Source of the DNA: the human T2T-CHM13v2.0 reference genome, Homo sapiens
DNA length: 64,000 nucleotides
Direction: 5' to 3' (one strand)
Assembly: GCF_009914755.1 (NCBI RefSeq)
Contig: NC_060948.1
The notes under the pieces are model-generated. The model saw nothing but the letters and a program-made list of their open reading frames with translations. It was not told the DNA's origin and searched no databases. The position numbers and the translations under genes were made by a program. Positions 37,624-56,970 of the stretch are shown piece after piece; positions within the stretch are counted from its first letter, which is position 1, and every line of letters starts with the position of its first letter.

Positions 37624-39750
37624 AGATCCATATTTTTTAAATGAAAAAAAATTTCAAAGGTACTCTGCTTGGTACAATAATCAAATGTATAAACTGAGGA
37701 ATAAAACATAACCATGAAACCTACTTATAACTGCATATGGAAAATACAGAGGATAATTTTTTAAATAACATATTTTGAAAGCCTTAACTAGTAATTTGAA
37801 GAGTTGGCATTTGAAAGGCCAGTATGAATATACCTTCAAAGCAGCAACACAGGTTCCCCATGAGAAAAAGCAAACACAGGGAAAATAAAAACACAAAGGT
37901 TCAATCTCTTCTGACCTTTGAAAGACACAGCACAGACAGTGGTCCTTAGGACGAAGAGCAGGAGACCCCTAATTCCGTCACCATGGCGATAGGGCATAAA
38001 CATTGCTGGGTGAGGGCACAATCCACATTGTGAGGTCCAACTGCTGCCAGGAAGACAGGAGTGCTTTTACATAGACCGAAAGGTCATTGAAGGCTCAGAG
38101 TTTTGTTTCAAGAACTGAATCCCAAGCCCACACGTTATTAGGCTGCGCTTCTTAAAACAAGTTATGAGATGGGAAAAAGGGCACCCACAAACATACGTAT
38201 ACATTATGTATATAATAATATACAGTATCATATATATAATATATATAACCTATGTATAATATTGTTTTACATCCTGCATCTTAAGTTATATATATTGTAT
38301 AAAATATAATAATTGATAATATATAAGTTTATATTTATACAATATGACATATAGTATATATTATAATTTATGACATATATAATATATGTTATATATCATA
38401 TATAGAATATATTATACGGTTAATATACGTATTAAATATAAATTATACTTTATATATATTATATATAATATATCTGTTATATATAATACCCATTATGCAT
38501 AATATATATATTATGTCTATGTTATATATAGTATAAAACAACATATAATAATATATAATTGTATATATAAAATGCAACATATAATATATATTATATTTTA
38601 TGACATATGTAATATATATTATATATTATATATACTACGTTGTATGCATAATACCTATATTAAATATATATTATATGACTATGTTATTAATTACATGTCA
38701 CATGTGTTATATATTATATATTTTACATAGAATATACCGGTTACATACAATATATACTATGTTACCTATAATGTATAATTTATTACATGTAAAATAAAGA
38801 ATGCAATATATTATGTATAATTTATAATATACAATATGTGGAATGTGATATATATAACATATAATATATGATATATGATATACAGTATATGATATATAAC
38901 ATACAATATATGATTCCTAATATATATGGTATACAATATATATTTTATGATATGTATTCTATATGTTTTATATTCTGTTATATATAACTATTTAAAATTA
39001 TATATAACTGTATAATATTTTATGTAAATATGTAATATAATATATATAACTATATAATATATTATATATAAGTATATATTATGTTATATATACTTTTATA
39101 ACATAATTTACATAAAATATCATAACATAATATATATTATATTATTTCATATTACATAATATATATTACATATCACCCAATATAACTAACATACATAATA
39201 TTATAATATAGATTATATTATGTTATATTAAATGTCATATACATCATGTATCATATATTCTATAATATATATTACACATTATATAATATGTATGTTGTCT
39301 ATTATGTGATATATATAACTCTATATATAATTTTATTTTTATACATATAACTAGATAAACATGTAATTCTACATATTTTCATTTATAATATGTAGAATTA
39401 TATAATCATATATAATTATTTATATTCTATAAAAAATTTTATCATTATATAAATTATAATATATAAAAATTATAATATGTACTACAAATATATATATTAT
39501 ATATCATATATGATATAGTACCTTTGTTATATATCATAATACATATAAATGTGTATTATGTTATCTATAATTATATAATTTCATATATAAGATGTATAAT
39601 ATGTATTATATATTGTCTATGTTATGTAATATATATAGTATATGTAAGCTGACACAGGATAAATATTATATACTATGACATATAAAATATATGAGGTTAT
39701 ATGTTACATATAAGGCATAGCACATAACATGTAATATATGTCATATATAA

Positions 39751-40042
<292 letters not shown>

Positions 40043-42145
40043 AGATCCATATTTTTTAAATGAAAAAAAATTTCAAAAGTACTCTGCTTGGTACAATAAT
40101 CAAATGTATAAACTGAGGAATAAAACATAACCATGAAACCTACTTATAACTGCATATGGAAAATACAGAGGATAATTTTTTAAATAACATATTTTGAAAG
40201 CCTTAACTAGTAATTTGAAGAGTTGGCATTTGAAAGGCCAGTATGAATATACCTTCAAAGCAGCAACACAGGTTCCCCATGAGAAAAAGCAAACTCAGGG
40301 AAAATAAAACCAAAAAGGTTCAATCTCTTCTGACCTTTGAAAGACACAGCACAGACAGTGGTCCTTAGGACGAAGAGCAGGAGACCCCTAATTCCGTCAC
40401 CATGGCGATAGGACATAAACATTGCTGGGTGAGGGCACAATCCACATTGTGAGGTCCAACTGCTGCCAGGAAGACAGGAGTGCTTTTACATAGACCGAAA
40501 GGTCATTGAAGGCTCAGAGTTTTGTTTCAAGAACTGAATCCCAGGCCCACACGTTATTAGGCTGCGCTTCTTAAAACAAGTTATGAGATGGGAAAAAGGG
40601 CACCCACAAACATACGTATACATTATGTATATAATAATATACAGTATCATATATATAATATATATAACCTATGTATAATATTGTTTTACATCCTGCATCT
40701 TATGTTATATGTATTGTATAAAATATAATAATTCATAATACATAACGTTTATATTTAAACAATATGACATATAGTATATATTATAATTTATGACATATAT
40801 AATATATGTTATATATCATATATAGAATATATTATACGGTTAATATTCGTATTAAATATAAATTATACATTATATATATTATATAAAATATATCTGTTAT
40901 ATATAATACCCTTTATGCATAATATATATATTATGTCTATGTTCTATATAGTATAAAACAACATATAATAATATATAATTGTATATATAAAATGCGACAT
41001 ATAATATATATTATATTTTATGACATATGTAATATATATTATATATTATATATAATACGTTGTATGTATAATACCTATATTAAATATATATTATATGACT
41101 ATGTTATTAATTACATGTCACATATGTTATATATTATATATTTTACATAGAATATACCGGTTACATACAATATATACTATGTTACCTATAATGTATAATT
41201 GATAACATGTAAAATAAAGAATGCAATATATTATGTATAATTTATAATATACAATATGTGGAATGTGATATATATAACATATAATATATGATATATGATA
41301 TACAGTATATGATATATAACACACAATATATGATACCTAATATATATGGTATACAATATATATTTTATGATATGTATTCTATATGTTTTATATTCTGTTA
41401 TATATAACTTTTTGAAATTATATATAACTGTGTAATATTTTATGTAAATATGTAATATAATATATATAACTATATAATATATTATATATAACTATATATT
41501 ATGTTATATATACTTTTATAACATAATTTATATTAAATATCATAATATAATATATATTATATTATTTCACATTACATAATATATGTTACATATCACCCAA
41601 TATAAGTAACATACATGATATTATAATATAGATTATATTATGTTATATTAAATATCATATATATCATGTATCATATATTCTATAATATATATTACACATT
41701 ATATAATATGTATGTTGTCTATTATGTGATATATATAACTATATATATAATTATATTATTATACATATAACTAGATAAACATGAAATTCTACATATTTTC
41801 ATTTATAATATATAGAATTATATAATCATATATAATTATTTATATTCTATAAAAAATTATATCATTATATAAATTATAATATATAAAAATTATAATATGT
41901 ACTACAAATATATATATTATATATCATATATGATATAGTACCTTTGTTATATATCATAATACATATAAATGTGTATTATGTTATCTACAATTATATAATT
42001 TCATATATAAGATATATAATATGTATTATATATTGTATATGTTATGTAATATATAGTATATATAAGCTGACACAGGATAAATATTATATAGTATGACATA
42101 TAAAATATATGAGGTTATATGTTACATATAAGGCATAGCACATAA

Positions 42146-42459
<314 letters not shown>

Positions 42460-44563
42460 AGATCCATATTTTGTAAATGAAAAAAAATTTCAAAGGTACT
42501 CTGCTTGGTACAATAATCAAATGTATAAACTGAGGAATGAAACATAACCATGAAACCTACTTATAACTGCATATGGAAAATACAGAGGATAATTTTTTAA
42601 ATAACATATTTTGAAAGCCTTAACTAGTAATTTGAAGAGTTGGCATTTGAAAGGCCAGTATGAATATACCTTCAAAGCAGCAACACAGGTTCCCCATGAG
42701 AAAAAGCAAACTCAGGGAAAATAAAACCACAAAGGTTCAATCTCTTCTGACCTTTGAAAGACACAGCACAGACAGTGGTCCTTAGGACGAAGAGCAGGAG
42801 ACCCCTAATTCCGTCACCATGGCGATAGGACATAAACATTGCTGGGTGAGGGCACAATCCACATTGTGAGGTCCAACTGCTGCCAGGAAGACAGGAGTGC
42901 TTTTACATAGACCGAAACGTCATTGAAGGCTCAGAGTTTGTTTCAAGAACTGAATCCCAAGCCCACACGTTATTAGGCTGCGCTTCTTAAAACAAGTTAT
43001 GAGATGGGAAAAAGGGCACCCACAAACATACGTATACATTATGTATATAATAATATACAGTATCATATATATAATATATATAACCTATGTATAATATTGT
43101 TTTACATCCTGCATCTTATATTATATATATTGTATAAAATATAATAATTGATAATATATAAGTTTTATATTTATACAATATGACATATAGTATATATTAT
43201 AATTTATGACATATATAATATATGTTATATATCATATATAGAATATATTATACGGTTAATATACGTATTAAATATAAATTATACATTATATATATTATAT
43301 ATAATATATCTGTTATATATAATACCCATTATGCATAATATGTATATTATGTCTATGTTATATATAGTATAAAACAACATATAATAATATATAATTGTAT
43401 ATATAAAATGCGACATATAATATATATTATATTTTATGACATATGTAATATATATTATATATTATATATAATACGCTGTATGTATAATACCTATATTAAA
43501 TATATATTATATGACTATGTTATTAATTACATGTCACATGTGTTATATATTATATATTTTACATAGAATATACCGGTTACATACAATATATACTATGTTA
43601 CCTATAATGTATAATTGATTACATGTAAAATAAAGAATGCAATATATTATGTATAATTTATAATATACAATATGTGGAATGTGATATATATAACATATAA
43701 TATATGATATATGATATACAGTATATGATATATAACATAAAATATATGATACCTAGTATATATGGTATACAATATATATTTTATGATATGTATTCTATAT
43801 GTTTTATATTCTGTTATATATAACTATTTGAAATTATATATAACTGTGTAATATTTTATGTAAATATGTAATATAATATATATAACTATATAATATATTA
43901 TATAGAACTATATATTATGTTATATATACTTTTATAACATAATTTACATTAAATATCATAATATAATATATATTATATTATTTCACATTACATAATATAT
44001 ATTACATATCACCCAATATAAGTAACATACATAATATTATAATATAGATTATATTATGTTATATTAAATATCATATATATCATGTATCATATATTCTATA
44101 ATATATATTACACATTATATAATATGTATGTTGTCTATTATGTGATATATATAACTATATATATAATTATATTATTATACATATAACTAGATAAACATGA
44201 AATTCTACATATTTTCATTTATAATATATAGAATTATATAATCATATATAATTATTTATATTCTATAAAAAATTATATCATTATATAAATTATAATATAT
44301 AAAAATTATAATATGTACTACAAATATATATATTATATATCATATATGATATAGTACCTTTGTTATATATCATAATACATATAAATGTGTATTATGTTAT
44401 CTACAATTATATAATTTCATATATAAGATATATAATATGTATTATATATTGTATATGTTATGTAATATATATAGTATATATAAGCTGACACAGGATAAAT
44501 ATTATATACTATGACATATAAAATATATGAGGTTATATGTTACATATAAGGCATAGCACATAA

Positions 44564-44877
<314 letters not shown>

Positions 44878-47004
44878 AGATCCATATTTTGTAAATGAAA
44901 AAAAATTTCAAAGGTACTCTGCTTGGTACAATAATCAAATGTATAAACTGAGGAATGAAACATAACCATGAAACCTACTTATAACTGCATATGGAAAATA
45001 CAGAGGATAATTTTTTAAATAACATATTTTGAAAGCCTTAACTAGTAATTTGAAGAGTTGGCATTTGAAAGGCCAGTATGAATATACCTTCAAAGCAGCA
45101 ACACAGGTTCCCCATGAGAAAAAGCAATCTCAGGGAAAATAAAACCACAAAGGTTCAATCTCTTCTGACCTTTGAAAGACACAGCACAGACAGTGGTCCT
45201 TAGGACGAAGAGCAGGAGACCCCTAATTCCGTCACCATGGCGATAGGGCATAAACATTGCTGGGTGAGGGCACAATCCACATTGTGAGGTCCAACTGCTG
45301 CCAGGAAGACAGGAGTGCTTTTACATGGACCGAAAGGTCATTGAAGGCTCAGAGTTTTGTTTCAAGAACTGAATCCCAAGCCCACACGTTATTAGCCTGC
45401 GCTTCTTAAAACAAGTTATGAGATGGGAAAAAGGGCACCCACAAACATACGTATACATTATGTATATAATAATATACAGTATCATATATATAATATATAT
45501 AACCTATGTATAATATTGTTTTACATCCTGCATCTTATATTATATATATTGTCTAAAATATAATAATTGATAATATATAAGTTTTATATTTATACAATAT
45601 GACATATAGTATATATTATAATTTATGACATATATAATATATGTTATATATCATATATAGAATATATTATACGGTTAATATACGTATTAAATATAAATTA
45701 TACATTATATATATTATATATAATATATCTGTTATATATAATACCCATTATGCATAATATGTATATTATGTCTATGTTATATATAGTATAAAACAACATA
45801 TAATAATATATAATTGTATATATAAAATGCGACATATAATATATATTATATTTTATGACATATGTAATATATATTATATATTATATATAATACGCTGTAT
45901 GTATAATACCTATATTAAATATATATTATATGACTATGTTATTAATTACATGTCACATGTGTTATATATTATATATTTTACATAGAATATACCGGTTACA
46001 TACAATATATACTATGTTACCTATAATGTATAATTGATTACATGTAAAATAAAGAATGCAATATATTATGTATAATTTATAATATACAATATGTGGAATG
46101 TGATATATATAACATATAATATATGATGTATGATATACAGTATATGATATATAACATACAATATATGATACCTAGTATATATGGTATACAATATATATTT
46201 TATGATATGTATTCTATATGTTTTATATTCTGTTATATATAACTATTTGAAATTATATATAACTGTATAATATTTTATGTAAATATGTAATATAATATAT
46301 ATAACTATATAATATATTATATATAACTATATATTTTGTTATATATACTTTTATAACATAATTTACATAAAATGTCATAATATAATATATATTATATTAT
46401 TCCACATTACATAATATATATTACATATCACCCAATATAAGTAACATAGATAATATTATAATATAGATTATATTATGTTATATTAAATATCATATATATC
46501 ATGTATCATATATTCTATAATATATATTACACATTATATAATATGTATGTTGTCTATTATGTGATATATATAACTATATATATAATTATATTATTATACA
46601 TATAACTAGATAAACATGTAATTCTACATATTTTCATTTATAATATATAGAATTATATAATCATATATAATTATTTATATTCTATAAAAAATTATATCAT
46701 TATATAAATTATAATATAAAAAAATTATAATATGTACTACAAATATATATATTATATATCATATATGATATAGTACCTTTGTTATATATCATAATACATA
46801 TAAATGTGTATTATGTTATCTATAATTATATAATTTCATATATAAGATGTATAATATGTATTATATATTGTATATGTTATGTAATGTATATAGTATATAT
46901 AAGCTGACACAGGATAAATATTATATACTATGACATATAAAATATATGAGGTTATATGTTACATATAAGGCATAGCACATAACATGTAATATATATCATA
47001 TATA

Positions 47005-47296
47005 TTTTTTTTTAGACAGAGTCTTGTCGTGTTGCACAGGGTGGAGTAAAATGGCGCCATCTTAGCTCACTGCAACATCTGCCTCACGGGTCCAAGCGAT
47101 TGTCCTCCCTCAGCCTCCCAGGTAGCTGGGACTACACCACACTGGGACTACACCAGCTGCCACCATGCCTAGCTAATTTTTTGGATTTTTAGTAGTGACA
47201 GCGTTTCACTGTATTGGCCAGGATGGTCTTGATCTCTTCACCTTGTGATCCCCTTGCCTTGGCCTCCAAATTTGCTGGGATTACAGGCCTGAGCCA
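47005..47296 (-). mobile_element. Alu copy 20 (type B)
   Basis: Same Alu, B variants. Confidence 0.93.
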
Positions 47297-49394
47297 AGAT
47301 CCATATTTTTTAAATGAAAAAAAATTTCAAAGGTACTCTGCTTGGTACAATTATCAAATGTATAAACTGAGGAATAAAACATAACCATGAAACCTACTTA
47401 TAACTGCATATGGAAAATACAGAGGATAATTTTTTAAATAACATATTTTGAAAGCCTTAACTAGTAATTTGGAGAGTTGGCATTTGTAAGGCCAGTATGA
47501 ATATACCTTCAAAGCAGCAACACATGTTCCCCATGAGAAAAAGCAAACTCAGGGAAAATAAAACCACAAAGGTTCAATCTCTTCTGACCTTTGAAAGACA
47601 CAGCACAGACAGTGGTCCTTTGGACGAAGAGCAGGAGACCCCTAATTCCGTCACCATGGCGATAGGGCATAAACATTGCTGGGTGAGGGTACAATCCACA
47701 TTGTGAGGTCCAACTGCTGCCAGGAAGACAGGAGTGCTTTTACATAGACCGAAAGGTCATTGAAGGCTCAGAGTTTTGTTTCAAGAACTGAATCCCAAGC
47801 CCACACGTTATTAGGCTGCGCTTCTTAAAACAAGTTATGAGATGGGAAAAAGGGCACCCACAAACATACTTATACATTATGTATATAATAATATACAGTA
47901 TCATATATAAAATATGTATAACATATGTATAATATTGTTTTACATCCTGCATCTTATATTATATATATTGTATAAAATATAATAATTGATAATATATAAG
48001 TTTTATATTTATACAATATGACATATAGTATATATTATAATTTATGACATATATAATATATGTTACATATCATATATAGAATATATTATACGGTTAATAT
48101 ACGTATTAAATATAAATTATATATTATATATATTATATAAAATATATCTGTTATATATAATACCCATTATGCATAATATATATATTATGTCTATGTTATA
48201 TATAGTATAAAACAACATATAATAATATATAATTGTATATATAAAATGCGACATATAATATATATTATATTTTATGACATATGTAATATGTATTATATAT
48301 TATATATAATACGTTGTATGTATAATACCTATATTAAATATATATTATATGACTATGTTATTAATTACATGTCACATATGTTATATATTATATATTTTAC
48401 ATAGAATATACCGGTTACATGCAATATATACTATGTTACCTATAATGTATAATTGATTACATGTAAAATAAAGAATGCAATATATTATGTATAATTTATA
48501 ATATACAATATGTGGAATGTGATATATATAACATATAATATATGATATATGATATACAGTATATGATATATAACATACAATATATGATACCTAATATATA
48601 TGGTATACAATATATATTTTATGATATGTATTCTATATGTTTTATATTCTGTTATATATAACTATTTGAAATTATATATAACTGTATAATATTTTATGCA
48701 AATATGTAATATAATATATATAACTATATAATATATTATATATAACAATATATTATGTTATATATACTTTTATAACATAATTTACATTAAATATCATAAT
48801 ATAATATATATTATATTATTTCACATTACATAATATATATTACATATCACCCAATATAAGTAACATAGATAATATTATAATATAGATTATATTATGTTAT
48901 ATTAAATATCATATATATCATGTATCATATATTCTATAATATATATTACACATTATATAATATGTATGTTGTCTATTATGTGATATATATAACTATATAT
49001 ATAATTATATTATTATACATATAACTAGATAAACATGTAATTCTACATATTTTCATTTATAATATATAGAATTATATAATCATATATAATTATTTATATT
49101 CTATAAAAAATTATATCATTATATAAATTATAATATAAAAAAATTATAATATGTACTACAAATATATATATTATATATCATATATGATATAGTACCTTTG
49201 TTATATATCATAGTACATATAAATGTGTATTATGTTATCTATAAGTATATAATTTCATATATAAGATATATAATATGTATTATATATTGTATATGTTATG
49301 TAATATATATAGTATATATAAGCTGACACAGGATAAATATTATATACTATGACATATAAAATATATGAGGTTATATGTTACATATAAGGCATAG

Positions 49395-49715
<321 letters not shown>

Positions 49716-51825
49716 AGATCCATATTTTTTAAATGAAAAAAAATTTCAAAGGTACTCTGCTTGGTACAATAATCAAATGTATAAACTGAGGAATAAAACA
49801 TAACCATGAAACCTACTTATAACTGCATATGGAAAATACAGAGGATAATTTTTTAAATAACATATTTTGAAAGCCTTAACTAGTAATTTGAAGAGTTGGC
49901 ATTTGAAAGGCCAGTATGAATATACCTTCAAAGCAGCAACACAGGTTCCCCATGAGAAACAGCAAACTCAGGGAAAATAAAACCACAAAGGTTCAATCTC
50001 TTCTGACCTTTGAAAGACACAGCACAGACAGTGGTCCTTAGGACGAAGAGCAGGAGACCCCTAATTCCGTCACCATGGCGATAGGGCATAAACATTGCTG
50101 GGTGAGGGCACAATCCACATTGTGAGGTCCAACTGCTGCCAGGAAGACAGGAGTGCTTTTACATGGACCGAAAGGTCATTGAAGGCTCAGAGTTTTGTTT
50201 CAAGAACTGAATCCCAAGCCCACACGTTATTAGGCTGCGCTTCTTAAAACAAGTTATGAGATGGGAAAAAGGGCACCCACAAACATACGTATACATTATG
50301 TATATAATAATATACAGTATCATATATATAATATATATAACCAATGTATAATATTGTTTTACATCCTGCATCTTATATTATATATATTGTCTAAAATATA
50401 ATAATTGATAATATATAAGTTTTATATTTATACAATATGACATATAGTATATATTATAATTTATGACATATATAATATATGTTATATATCATATATAGAA
50501 TATATTATACGGTTAATATACGTATTAAATATAAATTATACATTATATATATTATATATAATATATCTGTTATATATAATACCCATTATGCATAATATGT
50601 ATATTATGTCTATGTTATATATAGTATAAAACAACATATAATAATATATAATTGTATATATAAAATGCGACATATAATATATATTATATTTTATGACATA
50701 TGTAATATATATTATATATTATATATAATACGCTGTATGTATAATACCTATATTAAATATATATTATATGACTATGTTATTAATTACATGTCACATGTGT
50801 TATATATTATATATTTTACATAGAATATACCGGTTACATACAATATATACTATGTTACCTATAATGTATAATTGATTACATGTAAAATAAAGAATGCAAT
50901 ATATTATGTATAATTTATAATATACAATATGTGGAATGTGATATATATAACATATAATATATGATATATGATATACAGTATATGATATATAACATAAAAT
51001 ATATGATACCTAGTATATATGGTATACAATATATATTTTATGATATGTATTCTATATGTTTTATATTCTGTTATATATAACTATTTGAAATTATATATAA
51101 CTGTATAATATTTTATGTAAATATGTAATATAATATATATAACTATATAATATATTATATATAACTATATATTATGTTATATATACTTTTATATCATAAT
51201 TTACATAAAATGTCATAATATAATATATATTATATTATTTCATATTACATAATATATATTACATATCACCCAATATAAGTAACATACATAATATTATAAT
51301 ATAGATTATATTACGTTATGTTAAATATCATATATATCATGTATCATATATTCTATAATATATATTATACATTATATAATATGTATGTTGTCTATTATGT
51401 GATATATATAACTATATATTATTATATTATTATACATATAACTAGATAAACATGTAATTCTACATATTTTCATTTCTAATATATAGAATTATATAATCAT
51501 ATATAATTATTTATATTCTATAAAAAATTATATCATTATATAAATTATAATATAAAAAAATTATAATATATACTACAAATATATATATTATATATCATAT
51601 ATGATATAGAACCTTTGTTATATATCATAATACATATAAATGTGTATTATGTTATCTATAATTATATAATTTCATATATATGATGTATAATATATATTAT
51701 ATATTGTATATGTTATGTAATATATATAGTATATATAAGCTGACACAGGATAAATATTATATACTATGACATATAAAATATATGAGGTTATATGTTACAT
51801 ATAAGGCATAGCACATAACATGTAA

Positions 51826-52132
<307 letters not shown>

Positions 52133-54244
52133 AGATCCATATTTTTTAAATGAAAAAAAATTTCAAAGGTACTCTGCTTGGTACAATAATCAAATGTATA
52201 AACTGAGGAATAAAACATAACCATGAAACCTACTTATAACTGCATATGGAAAATACAGAGGATAATTTTTTAAATAACATATTTTGAAAGCCTTAACTAG
52301 TAATTTGAAGAGTTGGCATTTGAAAGGCCAGTATGAATATACCTTCAAAGCAGCAACACAGGTTCCCCATGAGAAACAGCAAACTCAGGGAAAATAAAAC
52401 CACAAAGGTTCAATCTCTTCTGACCTTTGAAAGACACAGCACAGACAGTGGTCCTTAGGACGAAGAGCAGGAGACCCATAATTCCGTCACCATGTCGATA
52501 GGGCATAAACATTGCTGGGTGAGGGCACAATCCACATTGTGAGGTCCAACTGCTGCCAGGAAGACAGGAGTGCTTTTACATGGACCGAAAGGTCATTGAA
52601 GGCTCAGAGTTTTGTTTCAAGAACTGAATCCCAAGCCCACACGTTATTAGGCTGCGCTTCTTAAAACAAGTTATGAGATGGGAAAAAGGGCACCCACAAA
52701 CATACGTATACATTATGTATATAATAATATACAGTATCATATATATAATATATATAACCAATGTATAATATTGTTTTACATCCTGCATTTTATATTATAT
52801 ATATTGTCTAAAATATAATAATTGATAATATATAAGTTTTATATTTATACAATATGACATATAGTATATATTATAATTTATGACATATATAATATATGTT
52901 ATATATCATATATAGAATATATTATACGGTTAATATACGTATTAAATATAAATTATACATTATATATATTATATATAATATATCTGTTATATATAATACC
53001 CATTATGCATAATATGTATATTATGTCTATGTTATATATAGTATAAAACAACATATAATAATATATAATTGTATATATAAAATGCGACATATAATATATA
53101 TTATATTTTATGACATATGTAATATATATTATATATTATATATAATACGTTGTATGTATAATACCTATATTAAATATATATTATATGACTATGTTATTAA
53201 TTACATGTCACATGTGTTATATATTATATATTTTACATAGAATATACCGGTTACATACAATATATACTATGTTACCTATAATGTATAATTGATTACATGT
53301 AAAATAAAGAATGCAATATAATATGTATAATTTATAATATACAATATGTGGAATGTGATATATATAACATATAATATATGATATATGATATACAGTATAT
53401 GATATATAACATACAATATATGATACCTAGTATATATGGTATACAATATATATTTTATGATATGTATTCTATATGTTTTATATTCTGTTATATATAACTA
53501 TTTGAAATTATATATAACTGTATAATATTTTATGTAAATATGTAATATAATATATATAACTATATAATATATTATATATAACTATATATTTTGTTATATA
53601 TACTTTTATAACATAATTTACATAAAATGTCATAATATAATATATATTATATTATTCCACATTACATAATATATATTACATATCACCCAATATAAGTAAC
53701 ATAGATAATATTATAATATAGATTATATTATGTTATATTAAATATCATATATATCATGTATCATATATTCTATAATATATATTACACATTATATAATATG
53801 TATGTTGTCTATTATGTGATATATATAACTATATATATAATTATATTATTATACATATAACTAGATAAACATGTAATTCTACATATTTTCATTTAAAATA
53901 TATAGAATTATATAATCATATATAATTATTTATATTCTATAAAAAATTATATCATTATATAAATTATAATATAAAAAAATTATAATATGTACTACAAATA
54001 TATATATTATATATCATATATGATATAGTACCTTTGTTATATATCATAATACATATAAATGTGTATTATGTTATCTATAATTATATAATTTCATATATAA
54101 GATGTATAATATGTATTATATATTGTATATGTTATGTAATGTATATAGTATATATAAGCTGACACAGGATAAATATTATATACTATGACATATAAAATAT
54201 ATGAGGTTATATGTTACATATAAGGCATAGCACATAACATGTAA

Positions 54245-54551
<307 letters not shown>

Positions 54552-56649
54552 AGATCCATATTTTTTAAATGAAAAAAAATTTCAAAGGTACTCTGCTTGG
54601 TACAATTATCAAATGTATAAACTGAGGAATAAAACATAACCATGAAACCTACTTATAACTGCATATGGAAAATACAGAGGATAATTTTTTAAATAACATA
54701 TTTTGAAAGCCTTAACTAGTAATTTGAAGAGTTGGCATTTGTAAGGCCAGTATGAATATACCTTCAAAGCAGCAACACATGTTCCCCATGAGAAAAAGCA
54801 AACTCAGGGAAAATAAAACCACAAAGGTTCAATCTCTTCTGACCTTTGAAAGACACAGCACAGACAGTGGTCCTTAGGACGAAGAGCAGGAGACCCCAAA
54901 TTCCGTCACCATGGCGATAGGGCATAAACATTGCTGGGTGAGGGTACAATCCACATTGTGAGGTCCAACTGCTGCCAGGAAGACAGGAGTGCTTTTACAT
55001 AGACCGAAAGGTCATTGAAGGCTCATAGTTTTGTTTCAAGAACTGAATCCCAAGCCCACACGTTATTAGGCTGCGCTTCTTAAAACAAGTTATGAGATGG
55101 GAAAAAGGGCACCCACAAACATACGTATACATTATGTATATAATAATATACAGTATCATATATAAAATATGTATAACATATGTATAATATTGTTTTACAT
55201 CCTGCATCTTATATTATATATATTGTATAAAATATAATAATTGATAATATATAAGTTTTATATTTATACAATATGACATATAGTATATATTATAATTTAT
55301 GACATATATAATATATGTTACATATCATATATAGAATATATTATACGGTTAATATACGTATTAAATATAAATTATATATTATATATATTATATAAAATAT
55401 ATCTGTTATATATAATACCCATTATGCATAATATATATATTATGTCTATGTTATATATAGTATAAAACAACATATAATAATATATAATTGTATATATAAA
55501 ATGCGACATATAATATATATTATATTTTATGACATATGTAATATGTATTATATATTATATATAATACGTTGTATGTATAATACCTATATTAAATATATAT
55601 TATATGACTATGTTATTAATTACATGTCACATATGTTATATATTATATATTTTACATAGAATATACCGGTTACATGCAATATATACTATGTTACCTATAA
55701 TGTATAATTGATTACATGTAAAATAAAGAATGCAATATATTATGTATAATTTATAATATACAATATGTGGAATGTGATATATATAACATATAATATATGA
55801 TATATGATATACAGTATATGATATATAACATACAATATATGATACCTAATATATATGGTATACAATATATATTTTATGATATGTATTCTATATGTTTTAT
55901 ATTCTGTTATATATAACTATTTGAAATTATATATAACTGTATAATATTTTATGCAAATATGTAATATAATATATATAACTATATAATATATTATATATAA
56001 CAATATATTATGTTATATATACTTTTATAACATAATTTACATTAAATATCATAATATAATATATATTATATTATTTCACATTACATAATATATATTACAT
56101 ATCACCCAATATAAGTAACATAGATAATATTATAATATAGATTATATTATGTTATATTAAATATCATATATATCATGTATCATATATTCTATAATATATA
56201 TTACACATTATATAATATGTATGTTGTCTATTATGTGATATATATAACTATATATATAATTATATTATTATACATATAACTAGATAAACATGTAATTCTA
56301 CATATTTTCATTTATAATATATAGAATTATATAATCATATATAATTATTTATATTCTATAAAAAATTATATCATTATATAAATTATAATATAAAAAAATT
56401 ATAATATGTACTACAAATATATATATTATATATCATATATGATATAGTACCTTTGTTATATATCATAGTACATATAAATGTGTATTATGTTATCTATAAG
56501 TATATAATTTCATATATAAGATATATAATATGTATTATATATTGTATATGTTATGTAATATATATAGTATATATAAGCTGACACAGGATAAATATTATAT
56601 ACTATGACATATAAAATATATGAGGTTATATGTTACATATAAGGCATAG

Positions 56650-56970
<321 letters not shown>

